NCBI GenBank assembly: GCA_030390025.1 | Contig: JASTWF010000035.1 | Span: 2,418,001-2,482,000 of the forward strand | Direction: 5' to 3' | Source of the DNA: Squalus acanthias | Lineage: Eukaryota | DNA length: 64,000 nucleotides | Part shown: positions 25,656 through 37,362 of the stretch, in pieces | How positions within the stretch are numbered: the stretch's first letter is position 1 | How the letters are laid out: each line of letters starts with the position of its first letter | Notes under the pieces: model-generated | The model's database searches: none | Seen by the model: the letters and a program-made list of their open reading frames with translations, nothing else | Told to the model about the DNA's origin: nothing | Translations under genes and position numbers: made by a program

Positions 25656-25955
25656 AATCTCCTCTTAACCCTCTCTGCTCTAAGGAGAACAACTCCAGCT
25701 TCTCAAGTCTCTCCAAATAACTGAAGTCCCTCATCTCTGGTACCATTCTAGTAAATCTCTTCTGCATCCTCTCCAAAGCCTTCACATCCTCCCTAAAGTG
25801 TGGTGCCCAGAATTGGACACAATACTCCAGCTGAGGCCTAACCAGTGTCTTATAAAGTTTTAGCATAATTTCCTTGCTTTTGTACTCTATGCCTCTATTA
25901 ATAAAGCCAAGGAATCCGTATGTCTTTTAACAGCCTTCTCAACTTGTTCGGCCAC

Positions 25956-26183
25956 TGACGCAAGAAAACTACTAGGCACTTGGTCTAAGCATTAAACAAA
26001 CCTTTAATCAACTGTTTTACAACATGGAGGTCGAGTTGTGTCCTTCACTAGTTCCTGTTAAGAATGTCCTACGCAAGCTGGGCCCGTGCCCGAGTATTTA
26101 TACTCTCCCTGGACACCGCCACCCGCAGGCCGCTCAGTATTATTTCATAAGTCATTTCCACATGAATGACAAGATTCATGTCA
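25956..26183 (-). mobile_element. 228-bp solo LTR
   Basis: TGAC...GTCA termini, perfect 5-bp TSD GCCAC (25951-25955 and 26184-26188), TATAAATA then ATTAAA on the minus strand. Confidence 0.82.
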
Positions 26184-26493
26184 GCCACTTTCAAAGATTT
26201 GTGTACATACACCCCCAAATCCCTGCACCCCTTTAAAATAGTACCATTTAGTTTATATTGCTTGCCTCATCCTTCCTGCCAAAATGTTCACTTCACACTT
26301 CTCTGCATTAAATTTCATCTGCCATGTGTCTGCCCATTTTACCAGTCTGTCTATGTCCTCCTGAGGTCTGTTACTATCCTCCTCACTGTTTACTACATTT
26401 CTGAGTTTCATCTCATCTGCAGACTTTGTAATGATGCCCTGTATACCCAAGTCCAGGTCATGAATATATCTCAAAAAGAGCAGTGGTCCTAAC

Positions 26494-26636
26494 CAACACT
26501 CCCACTATGCCTGGAGGTCCTGCACAGGCCGTTCACCGGCTGTACAATGCGAGATTTTACACATGAAATTTTGAATGGGCCGCACAGCCCGTTAAAGGGA
26601 CCGTGCACCCAAAAATAGAAATTAAGGGAAACATTG
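26494..26636. mobile_element. 143-bp hAT-type MITE
   Basis: 8-bp TSD GTCCTAAC (26486-26493 and 26637-26644); degenerate TIRs CAACACTCCC / GGGAAACATTG. Confidence 0.65.
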
Positions 26637-26890
26637 GTCCTAACACCGACCCCGGGGGACACCACTGTGAACTTCCCTCCAGTCTGAAAAACAACCATTC
26701 ACCACTCTCTGCTTTCTGTCCCTCAGACAATTCTGTATCCACGCTGCCACTGTCCCTTTAATCCCATGGGCTTTAATTTTGCAAACAAGTCTATTATGTG
26801 GTACTTTGTCAAACACCTTTTGAAATTCCATATCCAAGATATCAACCGCATTATCCTCATCAACCCTCCCTGTTACTTCGTCAAAGAATT

Positions 26891-27000
26891 CATAGAATCA
26901 TAGAATTACAGCACAGAAGGAGGCCATTTGGCCCATCGCGCCCGTGCCGGCTCTCTGCAAGAACACTTCAGCTAGTCCCACTCCCCCACCCGTTCCCCGA
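26891..27000 (-). mobile_element. Very short CR1 3' tail
   Basis: CATAGAATCATAGAAT..CAGCACAGAAGGAGGCCAT is the reverse complement of the tail at ~7330-7434. Confidence 0.75.
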
Positions 27001-27104
27001 TACTTGTCCAAGTGGCTGTTAATTTTGTCCCAGATTATCATTTCTAAAAGCTTGCAACAGTGTCCAGATTAATGTTTTATTCCTGGCAATTCCAGGACAA
27101 TCCT

Positions 27105-27586
27105 GGAAGGTTTACGAGAATGATTCCAGGGATGAGGAACTTCAGTTACGTTGATAGACTAGAGAAGCTGGGGTTGTTCTCCTTGGAGCAGAGAAGGTTG
27201 AGAGGAGATATGATCGAGGTGTTCAAAATCATGAGGGGTCCAGACAGAGTAGATAGAGAGAAACTGTTCCCATTGGCAGAAGGATCGAGAATCAGAGGAC
27301 ACAGATTTAAGGTGATTGGGAAAAGAACCAAAGGCGGCATGAGCAAAAGCTTTTTTACACAGCGAGTGATTAGGATCTGGAATACACTGCCTGAAAGAGT
27401 GGTGGAGGCAGATTCAATCGTGGCTTTCAAAAGGGAATTGAATAAGTATCTGAAGGGAAAACATTTGCAGGGCTACGGGGAAAGGGCGGGGGGAGTGGGA
27501 CTAGCTGAAGTGCTCTTGCAGAGAGCCGGCACGGGCTCGGCGGGCCGAATGGCCTCCTACTGTGCTGTAACCATTCTATGATTCTA
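27105..27586 (+). mobile_element. CR1 3' fragment
   Basis: ORF 27060-27581. Same subfamily as 6915-7434. Confidence 0.9.
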
Positions 27587-28069
27587 GGTTGAAATCCTAG
27601 CTGGAGGCCAACATTGGGTGTGAAAAATCAGGCCTGTCTTTGATGCCCTCCTTGGTAGAGCAAGACTGCTAACACTCAAGGTATAGGCTCGCAGATGAAG
27701 AATGAATGAGGTTAGGCACCACAGAGCAGCCAGCACCCTTTTAACTGTACTACAGTGTGAGGCAACACTTTGAAGACAGCAGGAGAGAAAATGGGGGGAA
27801 AATTAGACAGTGCAGAATATTTAAATGAGTTTGCAACTGTTTCAGTTTTGCTGGTAATAAGTGTCAATCCTAATAGTTTTCTAATGTTGACCTATTCCGC
27901 TCTTCTTCCTCCACGAGTTTGAGCCTCACTAATCAACCCCAGCAGCTCCTTTCCTCCGTGCAGCTGCCGCCTGTTTCCTCGTCTTTTCTTCATTTGATTG
28001 ACAATCGCGACCGCGCAGACAACAAAAATAGGACAAAAAATTCAAATCTGAAACGGAACCGACGTCTGC

Positions 28070-28410
28070 AACAACAACAACTTGTATTTCTATAGCGCCT
28101 TTAACGTAGTAAAACGTCCCAAGCTTCACAGGAGTGTTATAAGACAAAAAATTGACACCGAGCCACATAAGGAGAAATTAGGGCAGATGAAAGAGTGAGG
28201 AGTTTCAGGAGCGTCTTAAAGGAGGAGGGAGAGGGAGAGAGGCGGAGAGGTTTAGGGGAGTAATTCCAGAGCTTAGGGCCTTGGCAACAGAAGGCATGGC
28301 AGCCAATGGTGGAGCGATTATAATCAGGGATGCTCAAGAGGGCAGAATTAGAGGAGCGCAGATCACTCAGGGGGTTGTGGGGCTGGAGGAGATTAAAGAG
28401 ATAGGGAGGG
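28070..28410 (-). mobile_element. L2 LINE 3' end
   Basis: (CAA)n tail, TTCTATAGCGCCTTT terminal motif; translation includes GPKLWN..SFKTLLK. Confidence 0.75.
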
Positions 28411-30495
28411 GCCTACATTCAAGTCTAAATCATTGATATACACTACAAAAAGTAAGGGACCCAGTACTGAGCCCTGCGGAACCCAACTGGAAACAGCCTT
28501 CCAGTCACAAAAACACCCATCGACCATTACCCTTTTCTTCCTGCCACTGAGCCAATTTAGGATCCAACTTGCCACTTTCCCTTGGATCCCATGGGCTTTT
28601 ACTTTTCTGACCAGTCTGCCATGTGGGACCTTGTCAAAAGCCTTGCTAAAATCCATATAGACTACATTAAACGTGCTACCCTCATTGACCCTCCTTGTTA
28701 CCTCCTCAAAAAATTCAATCAAGTTAGTCAGACACAACCTTCCCTTAACAAATCCATGCTGACTGTCCTTGATTAATCCGTATCTTTCTAAATGAAGATT
28801 TATCCTGTCTCTCAGAATTTTTTCCAATAATTTTCCCACCACCGAGGCTAGGCTGACTGGCCTGTAATTACTCGGTCTATCCATTTCTCCCTTTTTAAAC
28901 AACGGTACCACATTAGCAGTCCTCCAGTCCCCAGCACCACACCTGTAGCCAGAGAGGATTGAAAAATGATGGTCAGGGCCTCTGCTATTTCCTGTTTTGC
29001 TTCTCTTAACAGCCTGGGATACATTTCATCCGGGCCTGGGGATTTATCCACTTTCAAAGCTGCTAAACCCCTTAATACTTCCTCTTTCACTAAGTTTATT
29101 TCATCTAATATTTCACACTCCTCCTCCCTGCATTGCCCCTCTCTTTTGTGAAAACAGACACAAAGTATTCATTAAGAACCATCCCATGTCTTCCGACTCC
29201 ACACACAGATTACCCTCATGGTCTCTAATAGGCCCTACTCTTACTTTAATTATCCTTTTGCTCTTAATGTATTTATAAAACATCTTTGGGTTTTCCTTGA
29301 TTTTACTTGCCAATATTTTTTCATGCTCTCTCTTTGCTTTCCTAATTTCCTTTTTAATTTCACCCCTGCACTTTCTATACTCCTCTAGAATTTCTGAAGT
29401 ATTTAGCCCTCGGTATCTGTCATAAGCCTCCCTTTTTTTCTTCATCCTACCCTGTATGTCCCTTGAAATCCAGGGGGCTCTTAGATTTGTTAGTCCCACC
29501 TTTTTTCTTTAAGGGAACATACTTGCTCTGAACCCTCCGGATCTCCTCCTTGAATGCCTCCCACTGCTCTGACACTGATTTACCTTCAAGTAGCTGTTTC
29601 CAGTCCACTTTGGCTAAATCCCATCTCAGCTTAGCAAAATTGGCTTTTCCCCAATTGAGAACTTTTATTCCTGGTCTATCTTTGTCCTTTTCCATAACTA
29701 CCCTAAATCTAACTGAATTATGATCACCAGCACCAAAATGCTCTCCCACTGATACCCTTTCCACCTGCCCAGCTTCATTCCCTGAAACTAAGTCCAGAAC
29801 CGCCCCCTCCCTTGTTGGGCTTGTTACACACTGGCTAAAAAAGTTCTCCTGAATGCATATTAGGAATTCTGCTCCCTCTATACCATTCACACTAATTTTA
29901 TCCCAGTTAATATTAGGATAGTTGAAATCCCCTACTATTACTGCCCTATAGTTTTTGCACTTCTCAGAAATTTGCCTACATATTTGCTCTTCTCTCTCCC
30001 TCTGACTATGTGCGGGTCTATAGTACTCTCCCAGCAGTGTGATTGCCCCTTTTTTGTTCTTCAGTTCAACCCATAGGACCTCATTTGATGATCCTTCGAA
30101 CATATCCTCCCTCCTCACAGCTGTAATTGTTTCTTTAATCAATATTGTGACCCCCCCTCCTTTTTTATCCCCCTCTCTATCCCGTCTGAAGACCCTGTAA
30201 CCAGGAATGTTGAGCTGTCATTCCCGCCCTCCTTTCAGTCATGTCTCAGTTATAGCTATAACACCATACTCCCAAGTGTCTATCTGTGCTCTCAGCTCAT
30301 CTGCCTTATTCCCTAGACTCCTTGCATTGAAGTATATCCCATTTAGCACTGCCAAACTCCCTTGTTGTCTATTTTCTAGCCCTTGTTTCCTCTGTCTTCC
30401 AAATTCACTTTCTACTTTTCTGCTTTCCAATTTCTGATTTGCTTCTCTCCCTTCTGAATCTATTATCAGGTTCCCATCCCCCTGCCAAGCTAGAT
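28411..30495 (-). mobile_element. CR1 ORF2 fragment (APE endonuclease to mid-RT) nested in L2
   Basis: ORFs 28393-28911, 29447-30142 and 30239-30430 (YFNARSL..ITET), frameshifted. Confidence 0.9.
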
Positions 30496-31000
30496 TTGAG
30501 TTCAGGGGGAACCTTAGAGGAAGTTTGGCCCGGTGGGCTAGGGGAAGGAAGGGTAGTGGGAGGGATGGGCAGCTGAACGGATGGTCTCAATCTTAGAGAC
30601 AAAGAAGTCCATGAGCTCCTCACACTTGTTGTCAGAGGTGAGGGTGGAGGAGACGGGGAGAGGGGTTTAAGAAGACGGTTAGCAGTGGAGAAAAGAAGCC
30701 CGGGTTTATCTTTGCATTCCAGAATGATTCTGGAATGGTGAGCAACTTTGGCAGACAAGAGCAGGACCCGATAATGCTTTGTGTCCGCACAGACACGGAG
30801 CTGCCAGTGGCTGATTTCAATAGTCGCGGGATACTTGAGCTGAGTGGGTTACAGTTGCTGCTGGTACCGTATGGCAGTGAGAGGATTCAGGGAGAGAGGG
30901 GTGAAAGTAGAACAACTGCCCCAATTAGCCAGTGGGAGGGGCAACAACAGCAACCCACGCAGCCTGGCATTAGTACAAGTGCAGAGTGAAGGAAATATAC
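30496..31000 (-). mobile_element. L2 ORF2 fragment
   Basis: SAKVAHHSRIILECKDKPGLLFSTANRLLKP resembles the L2 ORF2 linker. Confidence 0.65.
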
Positions 31001-31039
31001 AGTGGGACCTGGCGAGAGGCGGGTAGAGATCAAGCTGGG

Positions 31040-31577
31040 AACCTGGGTTCAGCGAGCGGGGACTGGGCTCAGCGAGCGGGGACTGGGCTCAGCGAGCAGA
31101 GACTGGGTTCAGCGAGCGGGGACTGGACTCAGCGAGCGGGGACTGGGCTCAGTGAGAGGGGACTGGGTTCAGCGAGAGGGGACTGGGCTCAGCGAGCGGG
31201 GACTGGGCTCAGCGAGCGGGGACTGGGCTCAGTGAGCTTGGACTGGGTTCAGCGAGCGGGGACTGGGCTCAGCGAGCAGAGACTGGGTTCAGCGAGCGGG
31301 GACTGGACTCAGCGAGCGGGGACTGAGCTCAGTGAGAGGGGGCTGGGTTCAGTGAGAGGGGACTGGGCTCAGCGGCGAGCGGGGACTGGGCTCAGCGAGA
31401 GGGGACTGGGCTCAGCGAGAGGGGACTGGGTTCAGTGAGAGGGGACTGGGCTCAGCGAGAGGGGACTGGGCTCAGTGAGAGGGGACTGGGTTCAGTGAGT
31501 GGGGACCGGGCTCAGCGAGTGGGGACCGGGCTCAGCGAGCGGGGACTGGGATCAGCGAGCGGGGACTGGGTTCAGCG
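31040..31577. repeat. 20-bp minisatellite GACTGGGCTCAGCGAGCGGG (~27 units)
   Basis: Directly visible. Confidence 0.95.
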
Positions 31578-31814
31578 GCAGCTAGCGCTGTCATTGCACA
31601 GATGCTCAGGAGGGAGGGAAACGATTCGAGTTGGGGCCAGTTTTCTCAGCTCGATCTCATCTCAACAGTGTATTTTTCTATTTTATTCTTTTAAATCTCA
31701 TTTTTTTTAAATGACGGTCCCCTTGTTCAGACCTCCTGCTCGACTGTATTTTGAACCTTACAATTGTCATAATTCATCTCACCTACACTGCCCACGATCT
31801 CAGTTACACTCCCA

Positions 31815-32735
31815 ATGTCTACGAGTCTATCTCACCGTCTACGAGTCTATCTCACTGTCTGTGAGTCTAGTTCATTGTCTGTGAGTCTGCCCCACTGTCT
31901 GTGAGCATAGCTCACTGTCTGTGAGTCTACCCACTGTCTGTGAGTCTACCCCACTGTCTGTGAGTCTGCCCACTGTCTGTGAGTCTACGCACTGTCTGTG
32001 AGTCTACCCACTGTCTGTGAGTCTACCCCACTGTCTGTGAGTCTGCCCCACTGTCTGTGAGCGTAGCTCACTGTCTGTGAGTCTACCCACTGTCTGTGAG
32101 TCTACCCCACTGTCTGTGAGTCTACCCCACTGTCTGTGAGTCTGCCCCACTGTCTGTGAGCGTAGCTCACTGTCTGTGAGTCTACCCACTGTCTGTGAGT
32201 CTACCCCACTGTCTGTGAGTCTACCCCACTGTCTGTGAGTCTACCCCACTGTCTGTGAGTCTACCCCACTGTCTGTGAGTCTGCCCACTGTCTGTGAGTC
32301 TACCCACTGTCTGTGAGTCTACCCACTGTCTGTGAGTCTACCCCACTGTCTGTGAGTCTGCCCCACTGTCTGTGAGCGTAGCTCACTGTCTGTGAGTCTA
32401 CCCACTGTCTGTGAGTCTACCCCACTGTCTGTGAGTCTACCCACTGTCTGTGAGTCTACCCCACTGTCTGTGAGTCTGCCCACTGTCTGTGAGTCTACCC
32501 ACTGTCTGTGAGTCTACCCACTGTCTGTGAGTCTACCCACTGTCTGTGAGTCTACACCCACTGTCTGTGAGTCTACCCACTGTCTGTGAGTCTACCCACT
32601 GTCTGTGAGTCTACCCACTGTCTGTGAGTCTACACCCACTGTCTGTGAGTCTACCCACTGTCTGTGAGTCTACCCCACTGTCTGTGAGTCTACCCACTGT
32701 CTGTGAGTCTACCCACTGTCTGTGAGTCTACCCTT
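31815..32735. repeat. 20/21-bp minisatellite ACTGTCTGTGAGTCTACCC(C) (~44 units)
   Basis: Directly visible; left edge degenerate. Confidence 0.95.
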
Positions 32736-32809
32736 AGACAGTCTCAGCAGACAACTGGAGGGGAGTGAAAAGAAATGTTTTCACAAAGGGTCACTAGAAT
32801 ACTGAATTT

Positions 32810-33010
32810 TAAAGTTTATTCTTGGAATGTATTTATTGCCCATCCCTCGCTGCCCTGAGTGCATTAAGAGTGAACCAAATAGTGTAGGACTGGAGACATG
32901 TGTAGGCTAGTCTGGGGAGGTGTGGCAGTTCCCTTCCCTGGAGGGTATTAGTGAACCAGTTAGGTTTTAACATTTATTTATTGAATTTAATTTCACAACT
33001 TACCATGGTA
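32810..33010 (-). mobile_element. Degraded fragment of the 25141-type SINE
   Basis: ATTTATTGCCCATCCCT and CTTCCCTG...TTAGTGAACCAG are shared with 61040-61462. Confidence 0.55.
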
Positions 33011-33029
33011 CATTTAGAAAAGAAAAAAA

Positions 33030-33478
33030 GAAAGACTTGCATTTCTATAGCGCCTTTCACAACCTCAAGACGTCCAAAGCGCTTTATAGCCAAGAAGTAC
33101 TTTTTGAAGTGTGGTCAACACAGCAGCCAATTTGCACACAGCAAGCTCCCATAAACAGCATTGTAATAATGACCAGATAATCTGTTTTTGTTGGGTTGAT
33201 TGAGGGGTAATTATTGGGCAGGACACCAGGGATAACTCCCCGGCTCTTCTGTGAAATAGTGCCATGGGATCTTTTACATCCACCTGTGAGAGCAGACGGG
33301 GCCTTAGTTTAATATCTCATCTGAAAGACAGCACCTCCGACAGTGCAGCACTCCCTAAGTGCTGCACTGGAGTGTCAGTCTAGATTTTTGTTCTATCAAG
33401 TCTCTGGAGTGGGACTTTGAACCCTCAACCTTCTGAGCCAGAGGTGAGAGTGCTGCCCACTGAGCCACAGCTGACACT
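33030..33478 (-). mobile_element. Deu-domain SINE (SacSINE1/AmnSINE1-like), unexpanded, with an L2-like tail
   Basis: tRNA-like head (GCTGTGGCTCAGTGG..GGTTCAAAGTCC), Deu core TCTTTCAGATGAGA..GGTGGATGTAAAAGATCCCATGGCAC, tail motif shared with the L2 at 28070. Confidence 0.85.
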
Positions 33479-33624
33479 TGCAACTGCTGCAACTGTTGTT
33501 AGTCCAGCAGCAGAACCACTAGGTTGCTGTACTCAGCACGACAAAGGGCTATTGGTGCAGAGACTATAACATCATTTAAAAGGGAATTGGATAGGATTTG
33601 AAAAGTAAGAACATAAAAGACTTG

Positions 33625-34366
33625 GGGGGAAAAATTAGGTCGCGCCCCATTTCGGGCGCAAATATCGTCTGGACGCAAATATTAGCACCTGGCGCTAATT
33701 ATCGCCACTGACTGGAAACTTCACTTTTACCGCCCCGGGAGGTGAGTGGAGCGCTAAATCAGGCGCTGCACACCTGTCTTAAGGCGCAAAGGCCGAGCAG
33801 TGAGGCGCTAACTCAGCGCGCGAGCGCAGCGCAGGTGCTGCCAGTTAGCGAGGGAACACAGACACACTGGCGCCGGCCAGTTCTTAAAGCGGGGGGGGGC
33901 CAACTGTTAGGATCAGTAGGCAAAACTACCTCACAAAGCGTTGAGTCAATGCAGAAGTCTCTCTTTCTCTCTCTCCGAATCTCTCTCTCTCTCTCAGAAC
34001 GAGTGGTGCAAAAATGTCAACCACAGAAAAAGACAGGAAGAGGCCCCCTTTAAATAGCGCCCCCCCCCAGCCCCACAGCGATTGATAGCGTTCCAGTCTT
34101 CCGGTCGTTGGATGCGCCAGGCGGTAAGGCAGGGGGCGCCACTCAATTTCCGCTCCGGGGCGCCACAAGGGCGTTGCACCATGGAATGATGTCACAATCT
34201 GCGCGCGCAGGTGGTCGCAGCGGTAAAGTTTAGCGCCGCCGCACAATGTCTAGTTAAGTTCCCGAGCGGCGCAAACATCGCTGCGCCCGGGCGTTAGCGG
34301 CTTTGCGCCCCATTAGCGCCCTCTTAAGGCGCTAACGGGAGGCGCAACCAACTGAATTTTTACCCC
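33625..34366. mobile_element. Non-autonomous PIF/Harbinger-type element, inverted relative to 8152-8924
   Basis: TIRs GGGGGAAAAATT...AATTTTTACCCC with a 3-bp TSD TTG (33622-33624 and 34367-34369). Confidence 0.82.
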
Positions 34367-37038
34367 TTGGACTTCGGAGTACAGGGCGCAATTTTGAAAT
34401 TTACAGATGACACGAAACTTGGAAGTATGGTAAACAGTGAGGAAGGTAGCAATAGACTTCAAGAGGACATCGACAGGCTGATGCAGACGCATGGCAGATG
34501 AGATTCAATGCAGAAACATGTGAGGTGATACATTTTGGTGGGAAGGAGCGACAATACAATATAAATTGTACAATTTTAAAGGGGGTACAAGAACAGAGAG
34601 ACCTGGAGGGTGTTTGTGTGCAAATCTTTGAAGGTGACGAGACAGGTTAACAAAGCAGTTAATAAAGCAAATGGGATCCTGAGCTTTATAAATAGAGGCA
34701 TAGAGTACAAAAGCCAGGAAATCTTGCTAAACCTGTATAAAACACTAGTTCGTCCCCAGCTGGAGTATTGTGCCCAATTCTGGACACTGCACTTTAGGAA
34801 GGACGTGAAGGCTTTGGAGAGGGTTTAGAAAAGATTTACTAGAATGGTTCCAGGGATGAGGGAATACAGTTACGTGGATAGACTGGAGAAGTCGGAGTTG
34901 TTCTCCTTAGAGCAGAGAAGGCTAAGAGGGGATTTGATGGAGGTGTTTAAAATTATGAACATAAGAACATAAGAACATAAGAAATAGGAGCAGGAGTAGG
35001 CCAATCGGCCCCTCGAGCCTGCTCCGCCATTCAATAAGATCATGGCTGATCTGATCCTAACCGCCAATCTACTATCTATCACAGAACCATCTCCTGCATC
35101 TAACAGAATTGCACACACGAAATAGGAGCAGAATCAGGCTACACGGTCCCTGGGCCCGCTCCACTACCCACAGGGCCATGACCGGATCCGAACCTAGACT
35201 CATGTCCAAATTCCTGCCCGCTCCCCGTAACCCTTAATGCCCTTTACTTCTAGGAAACTGTCTATTTCTGTTTTAAATTTATTTAATGATGTAGCTTCTA
35301 CAGCTTTTTGTGGCAGCATATTCCATGGACCTACCACCCTCTGAGTGAAGTAGTTCCTCCTCATCTCAGTTTTGAAAGAGCAGCCCCTTATTCTAAGACT
35401 ATGTCCCCTAGTTCTAGTCTCACCCGTCATCGGGAACATCCTCCCCGCATCCACCCGATCCAACCCCTTCACAATCTTATATGTTTCAATAAGATCGCCT
35501 CTCATTCTTCTGAACTCCAATGAGTAGAGTCCCAATCTACCCAACCTCTCCTCATATGACCACCCCCTCATCCCCGGGATTAACCGAGTGAACCTTTTTT
35601 GCACTGCCTCGAGAGCAAGGATGTCTTTCCTTAAGTAAGGACACCAAAACTGTATGCAGTATTCCAGGTGCGGTCTCACCAATACCTTGTACAACTGAAG
35701 CAATACCTCCCTATTTTTATATTCTATCCCCCTAGCAATGAAAGCCAACATTCCATTTGCCTTCTTAATCACTTGCTGCACCTGCATACTAACCTTTTGA
35801 GTTTCGTGCACCAGGACCCCCAGATCCCTTTGCACTTCAGTACTCTCCAGTTTCTTGCCATTAAGATAATAAATTGCTCTAGGATTTTTCCTGCCAAAGT
35901 GCATCACCTCACACTTTCCAGTGTTGTATTCCATCTGCCAAATCTCTGCCCACTTACTTAGCCTGTCTATGTCCCCTTGCAGGTTTTTTATGTCCTCCTC
36001 ACTCACTACTTTCCCTCCCATCTTTGTATCATCTGCAAATTTTGATATGTTACACTTGGTCCCTTCCTCAAAATCGTTAATATAGATTGTAAAGAGTTGG
36101 GGACCCAGCACTGACCCCTGTGGAACACCACTAGTTACTGATTGCCAGTCTGAGAATTAACCATTTATCCCAACTCTTTGCTTTCTGTTAGATAGCCAAT
36201 CCTCTATCCATGCCAGAATATTACCCCCAATCCCGTGATTTTTACCTTAAGCAATAATCTTTTGTGTGGCACCTTGTCAAATGCCTTTTGGAAGTCTAAA
36301 TACACTACGTCCACTGGTTCCCCTTTATCCACTCTATATGTTACTTCCTCAAAGAACTCCAGCAAATTTGTCAAACATGACTTCCCCTTCGTAAAACCAT
36401 GCTGACTTTGTCCTATTAAATTATGATTATCCAAATGTCCTGTTACTGTTTCCTTAATAATGGACTCCAAAATTTTACCTACCACAGATGTTAGGCTAAC
36501 CGGTCTATAGTTACCAGCCTTCTGTCTACTGCCCTTTTTAAATAAGGGTGTTACATTAGCAGTTTTCCAGTCTGCCAGGACCTTAGCGGAATCCAGGGAG
36601 TTTTGAAAAATTATTACCAATGCATCTACAATCCCTACCGCCACTTCCTTCAAGACTCTAGGATGTAAGCCATCAGGTCCAGGTGATTTATCCGCCTTGA
36701 GTCCCATTATTTTACCGAGTACCACTTCCTTAGTGGTTTAGATAGAGTAAATAATGGTTGAAGGGTCGATAACCAGAGGCACAGATTTAAGGTGATTGAC
36801 AAAAGACCAGCGGCGACATGAGGAAAAACGTTTTAACTCAACAAGTAGTTAGAATTTTGAAAGCACTGCCTGATAGGGTGGTGGAAGCAGATTCAATAGT
36901 AGCCTTCAACAGGGAATTGGATAAATACTTGAATGAGAAAGAGCCGGAGAGTGGGACTAACTGGATTGCTCTTCGAAAGATCCGGGGCTGACTTGATGGG
37001 CCGAATGGCCTCCTTCTGTGCTGTACTATTCTATGATT
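34367..37038 (+). mobile_element. Old CR1 3' fragment split by a younger CR1 (pieces ~34367-34957 and ~36735-37038)
   Basis: KFTDDTKLG, ORF 34610-34828, and tail ATTCTATGATTC near 37030. Confidence 0.8.
34958..36734 (-). mobile_element. CR1 LINE with a doubled 3' terminal motif
   Basis: ORFs 35200-36111 and 36204-36725; (AACATAAG)n tail on the + strand. Confidence 0.93.
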
Positions 37039-37296
37039 CCCAGGTTCACATCATCATCAAACTTAACCAATTGAGCTTTTGAAACCAAGTCACTTCATAG
37101 AAACAATGGAATTTCTCACTTCCCTCAGTCTTCCCTCCCACAATCTACAGCCTTTGAAAACCCAAACCTGACATGACCTAATCTCTAGCTCCTGATTCAT
37201 CTCCTCCCTTTCCAGCCTCGCTCCTTGTTCTGTACTGTGGGCCCTGACGCTAGGCCTGGGTCACTCATGTTGGACATATTCAGAGAAGCCACCCAC

Positions 37297-37362
37297 CATT
37301 GCATTGTCCGCCACAAGCACCATCTCGATGTGCCTCGTCTCTTGTAGCACATTCCTTTTCAT
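37297..37362 (-). CDS. ADAM exon, furin site and start of metalloprotease domain: MKRNVLQETRHIEMVLVADNAM
   Basis: ttttctcttttaccag acceptor, 66 nt, gtgggt donor, phase 0/0. Matches the KR-xxxxETKxVELVIVAD pattern. Confidence 0.93.

Larger units (their letters stand above)
25656..26890 (-). mobile_element. Older CR1 RT fragment hosting a solo LTR and a hAT MITE
   Basis: ORFs 25654-25866, 26253-26474 and 26640-26837 are CR1 RT pieces. Confidence 0.85.

Noticed and set aside
35119..35190. ADAR-type hyper-editing of the relic CR1 tail
   Set aside because: Differences from the canonical tail include transitions in both directions, transversions and indels.
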